DNA of 64,000 nt, from positions 1,694,702 to 1,758,701 of the forward strand of contig CAVTRN010000001.1 of assembly GCA_963737155.1 (NCBI GenBank). The letters are read 5' to 3'. The notes beneath the pieces were generated by a model, which saw nothing but the letters and a program-made list of their open reading frames with translations, ran no database searches and had not been told where the DNA came from. Both the position numbers and the translations under genes were made by a program. Within the stretch, counting starts at the first letter, position 1. Each line of letters starts with the position of its first letter. The DNA is from Nitrospirota bacterium (GTDB lineage: Bacteria > Nitrospirota > UBA9217). Positions 31,634 through 43,059 of this stretch are shown here, piece by piece.

Positions 31634-33799
31634 TCACCCCTGCTTCAGCGCTGCGAGAACCGTGTCCGGTTTCATTGGTAATTGCCGTAAACGCGCACCT
31701 GTTGCCTTGAACACCGCGTTTGCCACTGCTGGTGCTATCGGCGGTACGCCGGGCTCGCCGATGCCGCCAAGCCTGTCGCCGCTCTTCACGATGTGCACGT
31801 CTACTTCGGGTGACTCGATCATGCGTAGCAGTTCATAGTCGCCAAAGTTCTCCGATTTGATCCCGCCGTTTGCGATTTCGATTTTTTCCTTGAGGGCCGC
31901 ACTGAGACCCATGGTGAGACCGCCCATCATCTGCGCTGACACGATCACGGGGTTCACCACGGGGCCGCAGTCAACGGCGCAGGTTACCTTGTGCACTTTA
32001 ATGACGCCGCTTTCCCTGTCCACCGATACCTCCGCTACTTCTGCAACATAGCTCCCGAAAGATGGATGATAGGCGATTCCCCGCGCCTCGCCTTTTGTCA
32101 GCGGTTTCCCCCATCCTGCTTTTTCAGCGGCAGTTTCAAGCACCCTTGTCGCCTGCGGGTGGTTCCTCAGCAGGCCGAGTCTGAATTCGAGTGGGTCCTT
32201 TGCTGCCGCATGAGCAAGTTCATCGATAAAGCTTTCAACGGTGAAGGCGTTGTGTGAGCTTCCCACAGAACGCCAGAAGCCGACAGGGACAGGTGTGTCG
32301 ACCCGCACATACTCGATAGCAATATTCGGGAACTCGTATTCCATATTTTCGAGCCCCTCCACGGCCGCATTGTCGATTCCGTTCTTAAGCATGGAGGGGA
32401 AAACACGGGCAAAGATCGAGGGACAGACAATTTTGTGTGACCATGCGGTCGCGTGGCCCTGGTCATCAACGGCGCCTTGTATTCTCGACAGGTTCATGGG
32501 ACGGTAAAGATCGTGTTGCATATCCTCTTCCCGCTTCCACAGGAGTTTGATAGGCTTACCCGTTGACTTCGACAGAAACAGCGCTTCCTCCACGAAATCA
32601 GTCTCGAATCGCCTGCCGAATCCGCCACCCAGGAACGTGGTATGGACATGGATTTGTTCGGGCTTGAGGCCCGTTAGCTTGACCGCCAGGTTGAGCACGC
32701 CGGTCTGATTTTGCGTCGGAGCCCAGATGTCGCAGCTGTTAGGGCGCACATGGACAGTACAGTTCATGGGCTCCATAGTCGCGTGAGAGAGATAGGGCAG
32801 TTGATATACTGCTGTGAGCTTTTTCACCGCTGCATCGAGTGCACGGGCTACGTCACCGTCGTTGCGGGCAATGAGACCTGTTGCATCGAGGCGGGCCGTA
32901 AAATCCTTTTCGAGTGACTCATTGCTCAGGGTCGGATATCGCCCGTTCTCCCACTTCGGTATCAGCGCATCGCGGCCCTGCCAGGCCGCGTCAAGAGAGT
33001 CCGCGCAGACTGCCATTCCACTGTGGGTCGATACGATTGCTTTCACACCTGGTACGGCCTGTGCCGCGTCTCTGTTATATGAGGCGAGGTCTGCCTCGTA
33101 GGCCGGCGGTCGGGCAATGGCCGCATAGAGCATGCCGGGCACAAAGGAGTCAATTCCGAAGGGGGCCGTGCCATTCACTTTATCGGGAATATCGAGCCGA
33201 GGAATGTCCTTGCCGATGTAGCGCAACTGACTCTCTTTTTTAAGCACGGGATTCTGTGGAATTTCAAGTCTCGCTGCGTCTGCGGCAAGTTCGCCGTATG
33301 TCAGCATCCGGTTGCTCGCGATATGCCTAACCTTGCCTTTATCAACAGAGCAATCCTTAACTGGCACTGACCATTCACGCGCCGCGGCCAGCATGAGCAT
33401 CTCACGCGCCGCGGCGCCCGTTTTGCGAAGCGGTTCATACATGTGGCGGATGCTGGAGCTTCCGCCGGTGGACTGCATGCCCCAAGCGGGATCTTTGTAG
33501 GCGTCGTCCGCAGGCGCGACCTTCATGCGCACGTCTTTCCATTCCGCGTCAAGCTCGTCAGCCACGATCATGGGCAGCGATGTATTGACGCCCTGGCCCA
33601 TCTCCGATTTGTTCACAGTCACGATGATGCTGTTATCGGGCCGCACTTCAAGCCATACACTGGGGTGGAAAGACAGGCCTTCTTTTGTCATCTCGGTAGC
33701 GGAGAGCAGGCGGAAACCGGTCGAGGTTGTGGCAGCGGCAATGGCAAGGCCGGTGCCTGTCATTTTCAAAAATTGTCTCCGGGAGAGGTCAGTTTTCAT
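31634..33799 (-). CDS. Xanthine oxidase-family molybdopterin subunit (IorB-like), with twin-arginine N-terminus
   Basis: SRRQFLK, SEMGQG, TGGSSS, HATMEP, GGGFGRR and GIGEPGVPP. Confidence 0.93.
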   Translation of the reverse strand: MKTDLSRRQFLKMTGTGLAIAAATTSTGFRLLSATEMTKEGLSFHPSVWLEVRPDNSIIVTVNKSEMGQGVNTSLPMIVADELDAEWKDVRMKVAPADDAYKDPAWGMQSTGGSSSIRHMYEPLRKTGAAAREMLMLAAAREWSVPVKDCSVDKGKVRHIASNRMLTYGELAADAARLEIPQNPVLKKESQLRYIGKDIPRLDIPDKVNGTAPFGIDSFVPGMLYAAIARPPAYEADLASYNRDAAQAVPGVKAIVSTHSGMAVCADSLDAAWQGRDALIPKWENGRYPTLSNESLEKDFTARLDATGLIARNDGDVARALDAAVKKLTAVYQLPYLSHATMEPMNCTVHVRPNSCDIWAPTQNQTGVLNLAVKLTGLKPEQIHVHTTFLGGGFGRRFETDFVEEALFLSKSTGKPIKLLWKREEDMQHDLYRPMNLSRIQGAVDDQGHATAWSHKIVCPSIFARVFPSMLKNGIDNAAVEGLENMEYEFPNIAIEYVRVDTPVPVGFWRSVGSSHNAFTVESFIDELAHAAAKDPLEFRLGLLRNHPQATRVLETAAEKAGWGKPLTKGEARGIAYHPSFGSYVAEVAEVSVDRESGVIKVHKVTCAVDCGPVVNPVIVSAQMMGGLTMGLSAALKEKIEIANGGIKSENFGDYELLRMIESPEVDVHIVKSGDRLGGIGEPGVPPIAPAVANAVFKATGARLRQLPMKPDTVLAALKQG

Positions 33800-34257
33800 T
33801 TATTACCTCCTGACGAAGAGGCGAGTCGAATAGCACTCTTGATTTTTAGATAGGTTCCGCAGCGGCAGAGGTTGCCATTCATATGTTTAATAATCATACT
33901 ATCCGATGGATGTGGGTCTTCTGCCAGCAGCGCGGCAGCCTGCATGATTTGGCCCGCCTGGCAATAGCCGCATTGAGGGACCTGTTCCCTGATCCAGGCC
34001 TGTTTTACTGGATGGTTATCAGGAAGTCCCTCTATGGTCGTAATCTTTTTCCCCTGTGCGCTTCCGGCCGACGTCTGGCAAGAGCGTTCCGCCTTGCCAT
34101 CTATATGGACGGTGCATGAACCGCAGGCGCCGATGCCGCAGCCGAACTTGGTACCCGTCAGTTTAAGCCGTTCCCGGATGACCCAGAGCAGTGGCACATT
34201 AGGCGCAACATCAACGTCATATGCTTTGCCGTTAATTTCAAGATGAACCATATGCAC
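33796..34257 (-). CDS. (2Fe-2S) small subunit (IorA/CoxS-like)
   Basis: [18 protein letters not shown] and NLCRCG. Confidence 0.95.
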   Translation of the reverse strand: MHMVHLEINGKAYDVDVAPNVPLLWVIRERLKLTGTKFGCGIGACGSCTVHIDGKAERSCQTSAGSAQGKKITTIEGLPDNHPVKQAWIREQVPQCGYCQAGQIMQAAALLAEDPHPSDSMIIKHMNGNLCRCGTYLKIKSAIRLASSSGGNK

Positions 34258-34592
34258 CTCCTCAGAAAATTCAGAAAGTGGTCTGGATGATACGGAATGA
34301 TTGTTTTTTCAGGCAGAAAACGGCAGCGCGGCACTGAACCGCATGCTAGAAGCTTAGCATCCGTGAATGGAATGTCAAGTAGGTGATTTGAGGTATGTAG
34401 AACTTAAGTATGAATGACAGTCCTATGATTCATAGTAAGTTGAAGGTGATTTGTTTTCGTTTCGGGTTATGGCATTCATCACAAGTCCCGGATCCGAGTT
34501 TGTAACCTTTGGTAGATCCCGCGTTCCGGAAAATCTGGAATCTCTGTGTTTGTTCGAAGGATTCGTTTCTCGTTGTTGTATCCCTGAATGTG

Positions 34593-35624
34593 CTAAAAAT
34601 CATTGATTGCGTCGATCAGGTATCTGAGCCTGCCAAAGTCATGACGGTTGAAATCAATCACGAGACGAGGGAGATGTACGACGTCATCATCCTCGACCTC
34701 CTCTGGGAGGGCAGTAGAAGGCGTGATCGTGCCGTGCGGAACGAGGATATCGCGGAACCCTGCTTTCAGTTTATTAATGCTCTCAGCGCTGATCTGTGAA
34801 GTGAGACGAAACACGAGATGTCCGTTTACATACCGCATGCTATGGTATCGGCTGTAAAAGCGGTTGATCCTTGCAACTGCGGATTCTACGGAGTCGACGC
34901 GCTCAAAAAGAGACAAATCGGTCTTGCTGATATAGTTGCGGGCTAAGAGAGATTCCTCCATGAATCTGATGAACTCGGTCCAATAGGGGCAGACCGGATC
35001 GTCCACGAGCACTAGGGGCATGGGATTGCGCTTGCCAGTCTGGACCAGCGTGAGAGTTTCCATGGCCTCGTCGAGCGTGCCGAACCCGCCGGGAAATAGC
35101 GCGACAGCGTCGGCTTCCTTCAGGAAAGCGACTTTGCGGTTAAAAAAATATTTATATGTGATGAGGCGGGGATTGCCTACAAGAACAGGATTGGGTCGCT
35201 GTTCGAAAGGCAGGCGGATGTTCACGCCGAAGGAATGATCGGGCCCCGCGCCTTCATTCGCGGCTTGCATGATACCTGGGCCTCCGCCGGTGATAACCAT
35301 GTAGCCGACTTCGGCGAGTTTTTGCCCGAAAAGTCTGGCCATTTCGTACACGGGCTCTTCAGGCCGGGTGCGAGCCGAACCGAAGACGGTAACCTTGCGC
35401 TTGTCGCGGTAAGGACCAAAGACTTTGGACGTGAACCGCATCTCCTTGAGCGTCGTGTTCATCAACTTTAAATCCGCACTCTCGTCGTCTTCCTGACCCG
35501 CCTTCAGCGCGGCGAGGATCATGTCGCGCACGTATTCGGGACGCTGGATTCCCCCGGCCAGTTCCAGCAGCTTATCGATGGCCTCGTCTACGGGCCCGTT
35601 TTGCCTGTTAAAATAGAGTTTCAT
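34593..35624 (-). CDS. LOG family (Rossmann-like nucleotide monophosphate hydrolase) protein
   Basis: VFGSART, TGGGPGIM and PGGFGTLDE. Confidence 0.9.
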   Translation of the reverse strand: MKLYFNRQNGPVDEAIDKLLELAGGIQRPEYVRDMILAALKAGQEDDESADLKLMNTTLKEMRFTSKVFGPYRDKRKVTVFGSARTRPEEPVYEMARLFGQKLAEVGYMVITGGGPGIMQAANEGAGPDHSFGVNIRLPFEQRPNPVLVGNPRLITYKYFFNRKVAFLKEADAVALFPGGFGTLDEAMETLTLVQTGKRNPMPLVLVDDPVCPYWTEFIRFMEESLLARNYISKTDLSLFERVDSVESAVARINRFYSRYHSMRYVNGHLVFRLTSQISAESINKLKAGFRDILVPHGTITPSTALPEEVEDDDVVHLPRLVIDFNRHDFGRLRYLIDAINDF

Positions 35625-36078
35625 AAAAATGCTCCTTCTGAAAATGATACAGGCAGGGATAATAAAGCATTTCAGACTATTTGTCGAGGGGAGAAAATGA
35701 GAACCATTTTCTGCCGATAAAAAGAGAGCGAAAAAAAGGCAGCTTTTTCCCTCTCCCTATTTATCTCCGAGTGAAGCATTTTGCCGTTCATTGTGTATCC
35801 TCTTTGAGCTTCGATTCCGCTTTATCCTGATGGCCAGCAAGCGCCAGCACAAGAAACGCTGAAGTGGTCTCGACTGACCGGAGTGTGTGGACGACCGGTC
35901 TTTTTTAAAATCTTTTCTCCATTCGCCGTTCTGCGGGACTCTGGACATCTGAAATGGCTACTGTTTTCTGATATACTACGGAATAATAATTTATGGAGGA
36001 GTCAAGAAGGGCGAGAAAAAGACAGAACCCACGGAAGGGTACGGCCTAAGCCGGTTTTCCCTTTTTGTAACGGAGCGT

Positions 36079-36588
36079 ATGAAAGCCAACACATCCAACA
36101 TCATTTTAATCGGCATGCCCGGCTCGGGGAAAAGCACGGTCGGCGTTCTCCTGGCCAAGGTCACGTCGCGAAGCTTCATCGACACCGATGTCCTCATCCA
36201 GACGCAGGAGGGACGGTGCCTTCAGGACATTGTCGATCGTGACGGTTATCTGTCTTTACGGAGAATAGAGGAAAATATCCTTCTCAAGCTCGACTGCAAC
36301 AATCACGTTATCGCGACCGGCGGCAGCGCTGTATACAGTCAGGCTGCAATGGAGCATCTTAAGAGAGATGGGATTGCCGTTTTTCTGGATGTTGACCTTC
36401 CGATACTGCAAGCGCGGATTATTGACTTTACTATCCGCGGTCTTGCAAAACGGCCTGACCAGAGCGTTGCTGATCTTTTCGTTGAGCGGCTCGCCCTCTA
36501 CCGAAAGTACGCCGATGTGACGATTGTCTGCACGGGGCTTACCCATGAATTGGTTTGTGCCAGGATCATTAAAGAGCTTGATGCGTAA
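36079..36588 (+). CDS. aroK: Shikimate kinase
   Basis: GMPGSGKSTVG, DTD and ATGGS. Confidence 0.9.
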   Translation: MKANTSNIILIGMPGSGKSTVGVLLAKVTSRSFIDTDVLIQTQEGRCLQDIVDRDGYLSLRRIEENILLKLDCNNHVIATGGSAVYSQAAMEHLKRDGIAVFLDVDLPILQARIIDFTIRGLAKRPDQSVADLFVERLALYRKYADVTIVCTGLTHELVCARIIKELDA

Positions 36589-36729
36589 AAAAGAAACAGT
36601 CTTCTTAATGATGCCCTGATGTCCGTAAAAAAGGTGAGAGCTCGGGGATGCATTTTCCTCTTCAAATTTCGGATCAGGTGCGGTATTATTAATCGTTGCA
36701 ATTAATAATTCCCTAAACGAGGAGATTCC

Positions 36730-37050
36730 ATGTCTTTGAACTTGTTATCCATAGCAATCCTTGTTTTCTTATTTAATATTCCCTTCGGCTACTGGCGGGC
36801 GAACGTCCGGAAGTTTTCGTTTCCCTGGTTTCTCTCGGTCCATGTTCCAGTCCCCTTTGTGATTGCCCTTCGCCTGCTTTCCGGGCTCGGTTTTCATCTC
36901 GCGACGCTGCCGATCATGCTCGCCGCCTATTTTGGAGGCCAGTTCACGGGCAGCAAGATCTTCCATATGCGCAAGAAGAACAGGGACGGATCTAAGGTCA
37001 GTTCCTGCCTCGTCTGGGACCTCATGGGCCGAGCGCAAAAAGAGCGCTAA
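36730..37050 (+). CDS. Small hypothetical membrane protein
   Basis: GGAG RBS; NIPFGYWR...WFLSVHVPVP; three TM segments. Confidence 0.8.
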   Translation: MSLNLLSIAILVFLFNIPFGYWRANVRKFSFPWFLSVHVPVPFVIALRLLSGLGFHLATLPIMLAAYFGGQFTGSKIFHMRKKNRDGSKVSSCLVWDLMGRAQKER

Positions 37051-37296
37051 AGTGGTATCTCAGAGAAAACCGCAGTAAATGAGAAATGAGATTCTTAATT
37101 GATCTCTAATTCCGGCATGGGGATAACGAAGAACTAATGCATCGTGCAGAAACTGGCAAAGTGAGACCGTGAAAGTGATGAAGGGGGAGCATACAGCCGA
37201 GTCACAGCGCCTTTTCACACGAACAAAGCGGTCTGATGAGTATCAATGCACTGCAAATCCCCTTGCTATCCATTTTCCCTTCCGGCATAATGTTCC

Positions 37297-38880
37297 ATGC
37301 TGCTTATTTTCCCTCCACTTGCAAAGCCTGGAGAACCCCCGGCTGGCATTGCTAAACTTGCCGGCACTTTAACTGCTCACGGAATCTCCTGCAGGCTTCT
37401 GGATGCTAATATTGAAGGATTGCTTTATCTCCTCGGGCAGTCGTACCCTGCTTCGGATACCTGGACGCGACGGGCGGTGAAACATGCTGCTGCCAATATT
37501 TTCTCTCTCCGAAACCCGTCCACCTATCGATCTTTTGGCCGCTACAATCGTGCGGTGAAAGATCTAAACCGTATTCTCGAAATGTCCGCCAAAGATCGCG
37601 GCATCGTCATCGGATTGGCGGATTATCAGGACAACAATCTTTCTCCGGTGCAGAGCGCAGATCTCTTGAAGGCGGCTGCGTATCCGGAGCAAAATCCCTT
37701 CTATTCTTGGTTCAGCAGGCGCCTGCCGGAAATTATTGGGAAAACCCGTTTCTCGCAGAGGCAGAGAGGGTGCGCGAGGCAGACCGAAGAGCATGAAGAA
37801 GGAAAAGACTCAGAAACGCTAGTCGGTTTTTCCATGAATTACCTGAGCCAGGCACTATGTACTTTCAGCATGATCGGATTTCTTAAAAAAGAATTTCCCG
37901 GTATAAAAACCGTGCTGGGCGGGGGACTGGTGAGCTCCTGGATGAAGAGGCCGGGATGGAGGAATCCTTTTTCCGGCCTGGTCGACTATTTGATTTCCGG
38001 TCCGGGGGAACGGTCGTTGCTCGAACTGCATGGCATAACAGACATGCATGAACATTATTCGCCGGACTATCAGTCGCTGCCGCTCGCTGATTATCTTTCC
38101 CCGGGGGTGATCCTTCCTTATAGCGCATCGAGCGGCTGCTACTGGAACAAATGCACTTTTTGCCCCGAAACAGCGGAGGACAATCCGTATATCTCCATTC
38201 CAGCGAATTGGGCAGTTAATGACCTGATTGCTCTGGCTTCGAAGATAAAGCCGGTGCTGATCCATATTCTCGATAATTCCATCAGCCCTGCGCTCATGAA
38301 GGCTTTTGCGGATACCCCTCCTTCCCGACCCTGGTACGGGTTTGCGCGCATCAGCAAGGATCTGGCAGAGCCAGATTTCTGCATGGCCCTCAAGCGTTCA
38401 GGCTGCGTAATGCTCAAACTCGGCCTCGAGTCAGGCGATCAGGGTGTGCTTGACAGGATGCATAAAGGAATTGACCTTGACACGGCATCGCGGGTTTTGA
38501 ACAATCTCAGCAAAGTAGGAATCGCCTCGTATGTCTATCTTCTTTTCGGAACACCGTCCGAGACTATTGCGGAGGCAAGGAAGACCCTAGAGTTTATTGT
38601 CTCCCATCAGCAGGCGGTTACCTTTCTGAATCTGGCGATTTTTAACATGCCTCTACACGGACGCGAAGCAGGGGAATATGAGAATGCAGAGTTTTATGAA
38701 GGGGACCTTTCACTCTATACCGGCTTCAAACATCCGCGGGGATTCCATCGTAGGATAGTAAGGCAATTCCTGGCGGATGAATTCAAACGACATCCGGCGA
38801 TATCAGCGATCATGAAGAACGATCCTCCCATATTTACTTCAAACCATGCTGCGCTGTTTTCCATTGGGAAAGAGCGATGA
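37297..38880 (+). CDS. Radical SAM protein (B12-binding-domain type)
   Basis: GCYWNKCTFC, GLESG and YLLFGTP.E. Confidence 0.9.
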   Translation: MLLIFPPLAKPGEPPAGIAKLAGTLTAHGISCRLLDANIEGLLYLLGQSYPASDTWTRRAVKHAAANIFSLRNPSTYRSFGRYNRAVKDLNRILEMSAKDRGIVIGLADYQDNNLSPVQSADLLKAAAYPEQNPFYSWFSRRLPEIIGKTRFSQRQRGCARQTEEHEEGKDSETLVGFSMNYLSQALCTFSMIGFLKKEFPGIKTVLGGGLVSSWMKRPGWRNPFSGLVDYLISGPGERSLLELHGITDMHEHYSPDYQSLPLADYLSPGVILPYSASSGCYWNKCTFCPETAEDNPYISIPANWAVNDLIALASKIKPVLIHILDNSISPALMKAFADTPPSRPWYGFARISKDLAEPDFCMALKRSGCVMLKLGLESGDQGVLDRMHKGIDLDTASRVLNNLSKVGIASYVYLLFGTPSETIAEARKTLEFIVSHQQAVTFLNLAIFNMPLHGREAGEYENAEFYEGDLSLYTGFKHPRGFHRRIVRQFLADEFKRHPAISAIMKNDPPIFTSNHAALFSIGKER

Positions 38881-39083
38881 CCGTGAAAGAGCAGCAAATC
38901 ATAGATGGCCTGAAGCCAATATGCCAATGCAAGAGGCTCAGGAAGAGCGTTTTTCTGAAACACATCAAAGCAGGACTGAAGACGGTCGAGGAATTAAAAA
39001 AAGTCACAGGTGCGGGCAGGGGTTCGTGCAACGGCAAGAACTGTACGGCAAGCATTGCCGAGATGATAAAATCGGCAAGATAG
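38877..39083 (+). CDS. BFD-like (2Fe-2S) protein
   Basis: ICQC...TGAGRGSCNGKNC; ATGA overlap with the radical SAM gene. Confidence 0.85.
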   Translation: MTVKEQQIIDGLKPICQCKRLRKSVFLKHIKAGLKTVEELKKVTGAGRGSCNGKNCTASIAEMIKSAR

Positions 39084-39161
39084 TTCGATTACCATTTAGT
39101 GTTCTAAGTTCAAAGTACTGAGGGAGAACCTTCTTATTGACGATAGTTGCGATGAGGGTCA

Positions 39162-39839
39162 TTAATACTGTTTCTGGGCTACATAGACGACATGGCGCAA
39201 GCCGCCTCTGCCTGGTCGCTGACGATCGAATTTAAAACCCGTGGCTACAAGCCGTTTCTCGAATGCAGCCTCCGGCGTCTCACCCCAAACGGCGAATATC
39301 CCTTCTGGGGTTAGGGCATTCCACGTTGCCTTCAAGGCTCGATTTCCATAGAAGGGATCGTTTATTGCATCGGTGCCCGGATTCGGGCCTTCATAGAGAT
39401 CGATGATTATTGCGTTGAACTTTTCGGCGCTTGGCCGCGAAGCCTGCACAATTACAGCCGCGACATCGTTCAGTGTGATAGTGACTCGTTTGTCTTCGGC
39501 GGCGTTATTTGTAAGTGCCGCAAGAGGGCCTTTGCACCATGCAACCACAGATTGGTTGAGTTCGGCTACCATGACCCTTGCTGAAGGAGGCAGCGAGTCG
39601 AGGGTCGCCCTCAGGGTAAGACCCATTCCCAATCCGCCGACGAGCACGCGGGGCCTTCGGTGCGATACAATCTTACGACCTGCGAGCTCTCCCAATGCAA
39701 TCTCGGACCGATTCGCACTGCTGTTCATGAGCACGCGATTGTTTACAAGGATCAAAAAATCGCGCTCACCCCGTCGTCGGAGTTCGAGAACTCCGGCGGC
39801 AGTACCAACCGTGTCTATGATTTTCCATGGCTGGGCCAT
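39162..39839 (-). CDS. Spermidine synthase-like SAM-dependent protein
   Basis: LMNS, VLVGGLGMG.TL and VAEL. Confidence 0.85.
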   Translation of the reverse strand: MAQPWKIIDTVGTAAGVLELRRRGERDFLILVNNRVLMNSSANRSEIALGELAGRKIVSHRRPRVLVGGLGMGLTLRATLDSLPPSARVMVAELNQSVVAWCKGPLAALTNNAAEDKRVTITLNDVAAVIVQASRPSAEKFNAIIIDLYEGPNPGTDAINDPFYGNRALKATWNALTPEGIFAVWGETPEAAFEKRLVATGFKFDRQRPGRGGLRHVVYVAQKQY

Positions 39840-39892
39840 GAGAAGGCTCCATTAAAAATACTGCTCTACTCTAGAAAATATTGGCTGATGTT

Positions 39893-40315
39893 TCAGTCGA
39901 GATTCGACGCTGTTTTTCTCATCTCTTTTACAGACCCCCGGAGCTTCTTACTTTCAATTCGTCGTTCCTTCGCGGCTTTTGTAGGCCTGGTTTTTTTCCG
40001 CAGCTTCGGTATTTCTGTGGCTTTGCGGAGCAGATCGACCAGTCTCCCCAGTGCGTCTTCCCGGTTCCGTTCCTGGGTGCGGTATTGCCGCGCCTCGATA
40101 ATAAGGATGCCCTCCTGGGTGATGCGCTTTCCTGCAACTCGCAATAGCCGCATACGCACCTCTCCGGGAAGTGAGGGGGAATTCCCCACATCGAAGCGCA
40201 GCTGCACGGCCGATGCAACCTTGTTCACGTTTTGGCCACCGGGGCCTGATGCGCGCACGAAGTGGAGCTGGATTTCTTTTTCGTCTATGGAGAGGTTCCG
40301 GGTAATTGATATCAT
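39893..40315 (-). CDS. arfB: Ribosome rescue factor ArfB
   Basis: ASGPGGQNVNKV and a basic C-terminal tail. Confidence 0.95.
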   Translation of the reverse strand: MISITRNLSIDEKEIQLHFVRASGPGGQNVNKVASAVQLRFDVGNSPSLPGEVRMRLLRVAGKRITQEGILIIEARQYRTQERNREDALGRLVDLLRKATEIPKLRKKTRPTKAAKERRIESKKLRGSVKEMRKTASNLD

Positions 40316-40379
40316 AGCCGTATTTTAAACGATTGTCCTGAAAAGGGCAAATTAGCGTGGACTTTTGCAGAAGAGCGCC

Positions 40380-41090
40380 TCAGAACACCCGTGCTATCAG
40401 TGCCGGTACCACCGTCTCGACACTCAGTATCCGGTCGCTGATCCGAACTGGCCGGAATCCGCAGGCTGCGAGTTTCTCAATTTCATAGGGGATAAAACCA
40501 CCTTCGGGACCAATTGCGAGTGTTGTTGGCTGATTGATGTCGCGCGGACAAGAATTGGAGGCAGCCGGATGGGCGACAAGGGAGACTGTGCCGGCTGCAA
40601 TGTCGGGAAGCTCATCCTCGACAAAGGGTTTGAACAGTGGTTTCAGCAGCACTTCAGGAAGGACCGTATCCCCCGCCTGTTCGAGCCCCAGTAAGAGCTG
40701 TTCCCGCAAACGGTCATCCGAAAGGAAGGGACTCTGCCAGTAGTTTTTTTCCACGCGGAAAGAGTTGAGCAATATGATCCGTTGTACGCCCATGGAGGTT
40801 GCCGAACGGAGCACTCTTTTCAGAAACTTAGGCCTCGGCAGGGCCAGGATGACTGTGAGTGGAAGTTTCGGAGGCGGCAGGCGGTGGAGCTTCACATCCA
40901 TTTCGAGGACTGATTTGCTTAGGGCTATTACTTTTCCCGTGCCAATCCGGCCGTTCAATACCCCGACGGTAAGCTCATCACCAACGACGGCACGGTGCAC
41001 TTCAAGTACATGATTCAGGCGTCGATCCTTCAGCCGAACGCGGCTGTTGTGTTCTTGAAAGTCATCTTGAGAAAGAAGTATAAGATTCAA
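40380..41090 (-). CDS. rsmE: 16S rRNA m3U1498 methyltransferase (RsmE family)
   Basis: AIGPEGGF and ILSVET. Confidence 0.88.
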   Translation of the reverse strand: MNLILLSQDDFQEHNSRVRLKDRRLNHVLEVHRAVVGDELTVGVLNGRIGTGKVIALSKSVLEMDVKLHRLPPPKLPLTVILALPRPKFLKRVLRSATSMGVQRIILLNSFRVEKNYWQSPFLSDDRLREQLLLGLEQAGDTVLPEVLLKPLFKPFVEDELPDIAAGTVSLVAHPAASNSCPRDINQPTTLAIGPEGGFIPYEIEKLAACGFRPVRISDRILSVETVVPALIARVF

Positions 41091-41248
41091 TTACCTCACC
41101 CCGCGAACGATTTAATCGGTTACCCTCGCTTCTTTCGTCCCGGTTCGCAGAAAAAACAGGGGAGGTAAAGAACAATATTTCGTGGTCCCGCTTTAATATT
41201 ATTATTAAAAAAAGGCCTGAGAGAATGTTCTTAGCCTATAGCAAGGCC

Positions 41249-41761
41249 TCACTTTTGATTAAAGGGCTTGTACTGGACGCGCACAATGGTAAATACCGTA
41301 TCACCTTTGGGCCGTTTCACCACGACCTCTTCACCCTCTGTTTTTTTCATGATCGCCCGGGCAACGGGCGAGTCCATGCTTATGAGCCCTTGCGTATGAT
41401 CGAATTCGTCAGGGCCGACGATACGGTACTCGGTGATGGTGCCCGCCTCATCCTTGAGCCTAACCCAGGCCCCGAAGAAAACCTGAGATTCATCGGTCGG
41501 CGGCGCGCCGACAACGACGATATTTTCCAGCCGGTTTTTGAGATGATGTATCCGCGCATCGATCTCGCGAAGCTGTTTTTTGCGGTAAATATATTCCGCA
41601 TTCTCCGAACGGTCACCCTCCGCAGCTGCTGCCGCGAGCGCGGCTGTCACCTCGGGACGTTTGGTGTGCCAGAGGTACTCGAATTCGTCGCCCATGCGCT
41701 TCTTGCCTTCAGGGGTTATGTATTTAGAGCCGGGTTTTTGCGGCGGCCGGTATCTGCTCAT
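41249..41761 (-). CDS. greB: Transcription elongation factor GreB
   Basis: YITPEG, GDRSENAEYIYRKKQLREID and ISMDSP. Confidence 0.93.
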   Translation of the reverse strand: MSRYRPPQKPGSKYITPEGKKRMGDEFEYLWHTKRPEVTAALAAAAAEGDRSENAEYIYRKKQLREIDARIHHLKNRLENIVVVGAPPTDESQVFFGAWVRLKDEAGTITEYRIVGPDEFDHTQGLISMDSPVARAIMKKTEGEEVVVKRPKGDTVFTIVRVQYKPFNQK

Positions 41762-41822
41762 TGAGGGGAATATACGGCATGGACGGGGTAAAATGCAAGT
41801 AGCATCTGTTGAAGGGGCATAA

Positions 41823-42941
41823 TCAATATGGCCGATGTTCGATGGCAACGCCAGTTTCTTTTCCCACCTTATACCGCGTGCTAGCATCGATCAAGGAATC
41901 GAACCGGCCCACATCGCCGCGCCGTAACCTCCGGAAAGGTTCATTCGCCTGGGTTTCGTCCTTGTCGAGACGGGTAGTAAGGCGTCGACCCGCACGGCCA
42001 CACAGAAAAAATTCTATCTTGCCTTTCGAGATCAGAGGTTCACTTACAACTCGGAAGCACTTTTCATCATAGACATCGGACAACGAACTGCAGTCCTTTC
42101 GCACGGTGATGTAGGAAAACTTGAGTGCATCCTTGCGCAGGCCAGTCAATTTATCCACTTCTTCAATTTCAGCTGGGGGATTCCAGGGCAAGTCTTCGTG
42201 GCACCAATCTCGGGGATTCGCTAGGGCCGGGCAGCTACTGCTGCACAGGCAGGGCGCATAGATCGAGTATTTCTGCTTAAGAATTCCGTCCCTGACCTGC
42301 AGGAGGTCCCGCGATGTGTCGCGCAAAGCCGGATCAATGATGATACAGCTGCCTTCCTCTGCAAGGGCGTGCATCAAGATTTCCTCCAGCATGACCAACC
42401 GTTTTTCGATGCGCCTACCTTCATGAGCGAAAAGCTCGTTCAAAACGTTTGAAAAGATGATAAGATCGAAGGGGCCGGATAGGTGCTGACCCGCACGCTC
42501 AATGCCTGCACGAACCGTTTTGAGCGATGCCGAAAGGCCGAGAGAAATCCGCTCTGAATGGAATAACTCGTCTGCAACGGACAGGTTTTCCGCCACCTGA
42601 TCCACGGCAACGCACTGGAGTCTCGGTTTCTTTTCCTGTGCTGCGAAATATTCCAAGACTCCGAGCAGTGCCGAACCCGGACCCGACCCGAGATCAAGCA
42701 CTCTTATGGTGTCCTTTGCAAAAATTTGTTTCCGATGAAGAGCAAGCTCTACAAGCGGCACCCGTATTTTCGCTAGGTTCGGAGGGAGGAAGTAGGTCCG
42801 GTAAGCTTCCCGGAGCCCCGGATCCTTCAGGTATGCCGCGGGAAGACGCTCGCGTTCCCGGGTAAAAAGCTGCGAAAGCCTAACAACGTCGGTAGCGAGG
42901 ATTTTCTTCCGATTCTTCGATTGTTCCCGTGGTGTGGTCAT
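41823..42941 (-). CDS. Rsm22-family SAM-dependent methyltransferase
   Basis: VLDLGSGPG, SNVLNE and APC....CP......WCH. Confidence 0.85.
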   Translation of the reverse strand: MTTPREQSKNRKKILATDVVRLSQLFTRERERLPAAYLKDPGLREAYRTYFLPPNLAKIRVPLVELALHRKQIFAKDTIRVLDLGSGPGSALLGVLEYFAAQEKKPRLQCVAVDQVAENLSVADELFHSERISLGLSASLKTVRAGIERAGQHLSGPFDLIIFSNVLNELFAHEGRRIEKRLVMLEEILMHALAEEGSCIIIDPALRDTSRDLLQVRDGILKQKYSIYAPCLCSSSCPALANPRDWCHEDLPWNPPAEIEEVDKLTGLRKDALKFSYITVRKDCSSLSDVYDEKCFRVVSEPLISKGKIEFFLCGRAGRRLTTRLDKDETQANEPFRRLRRGDVGRFDSLIDASTRYKVGKETGVAIEHRPY

Positions 42942-43059
42942 AGCAGTTCCCGATTGTTATAACATATTTCCCTGTACTTTGTAATATCCCCGTGAAAAAA
43001 ATCGTCCAAAAAAATCGGTGGCAACCTTCTGGCAATCTCCAGTTTGAAATATCGCATAA

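Noticed and set aside
34423-34434. CTATGATTCATA shared with the solo omega-RNA flank (putative guide target)
   Set aside because: Only 12 nt, near-palindromic, and not in the scaffold-proximal seed.
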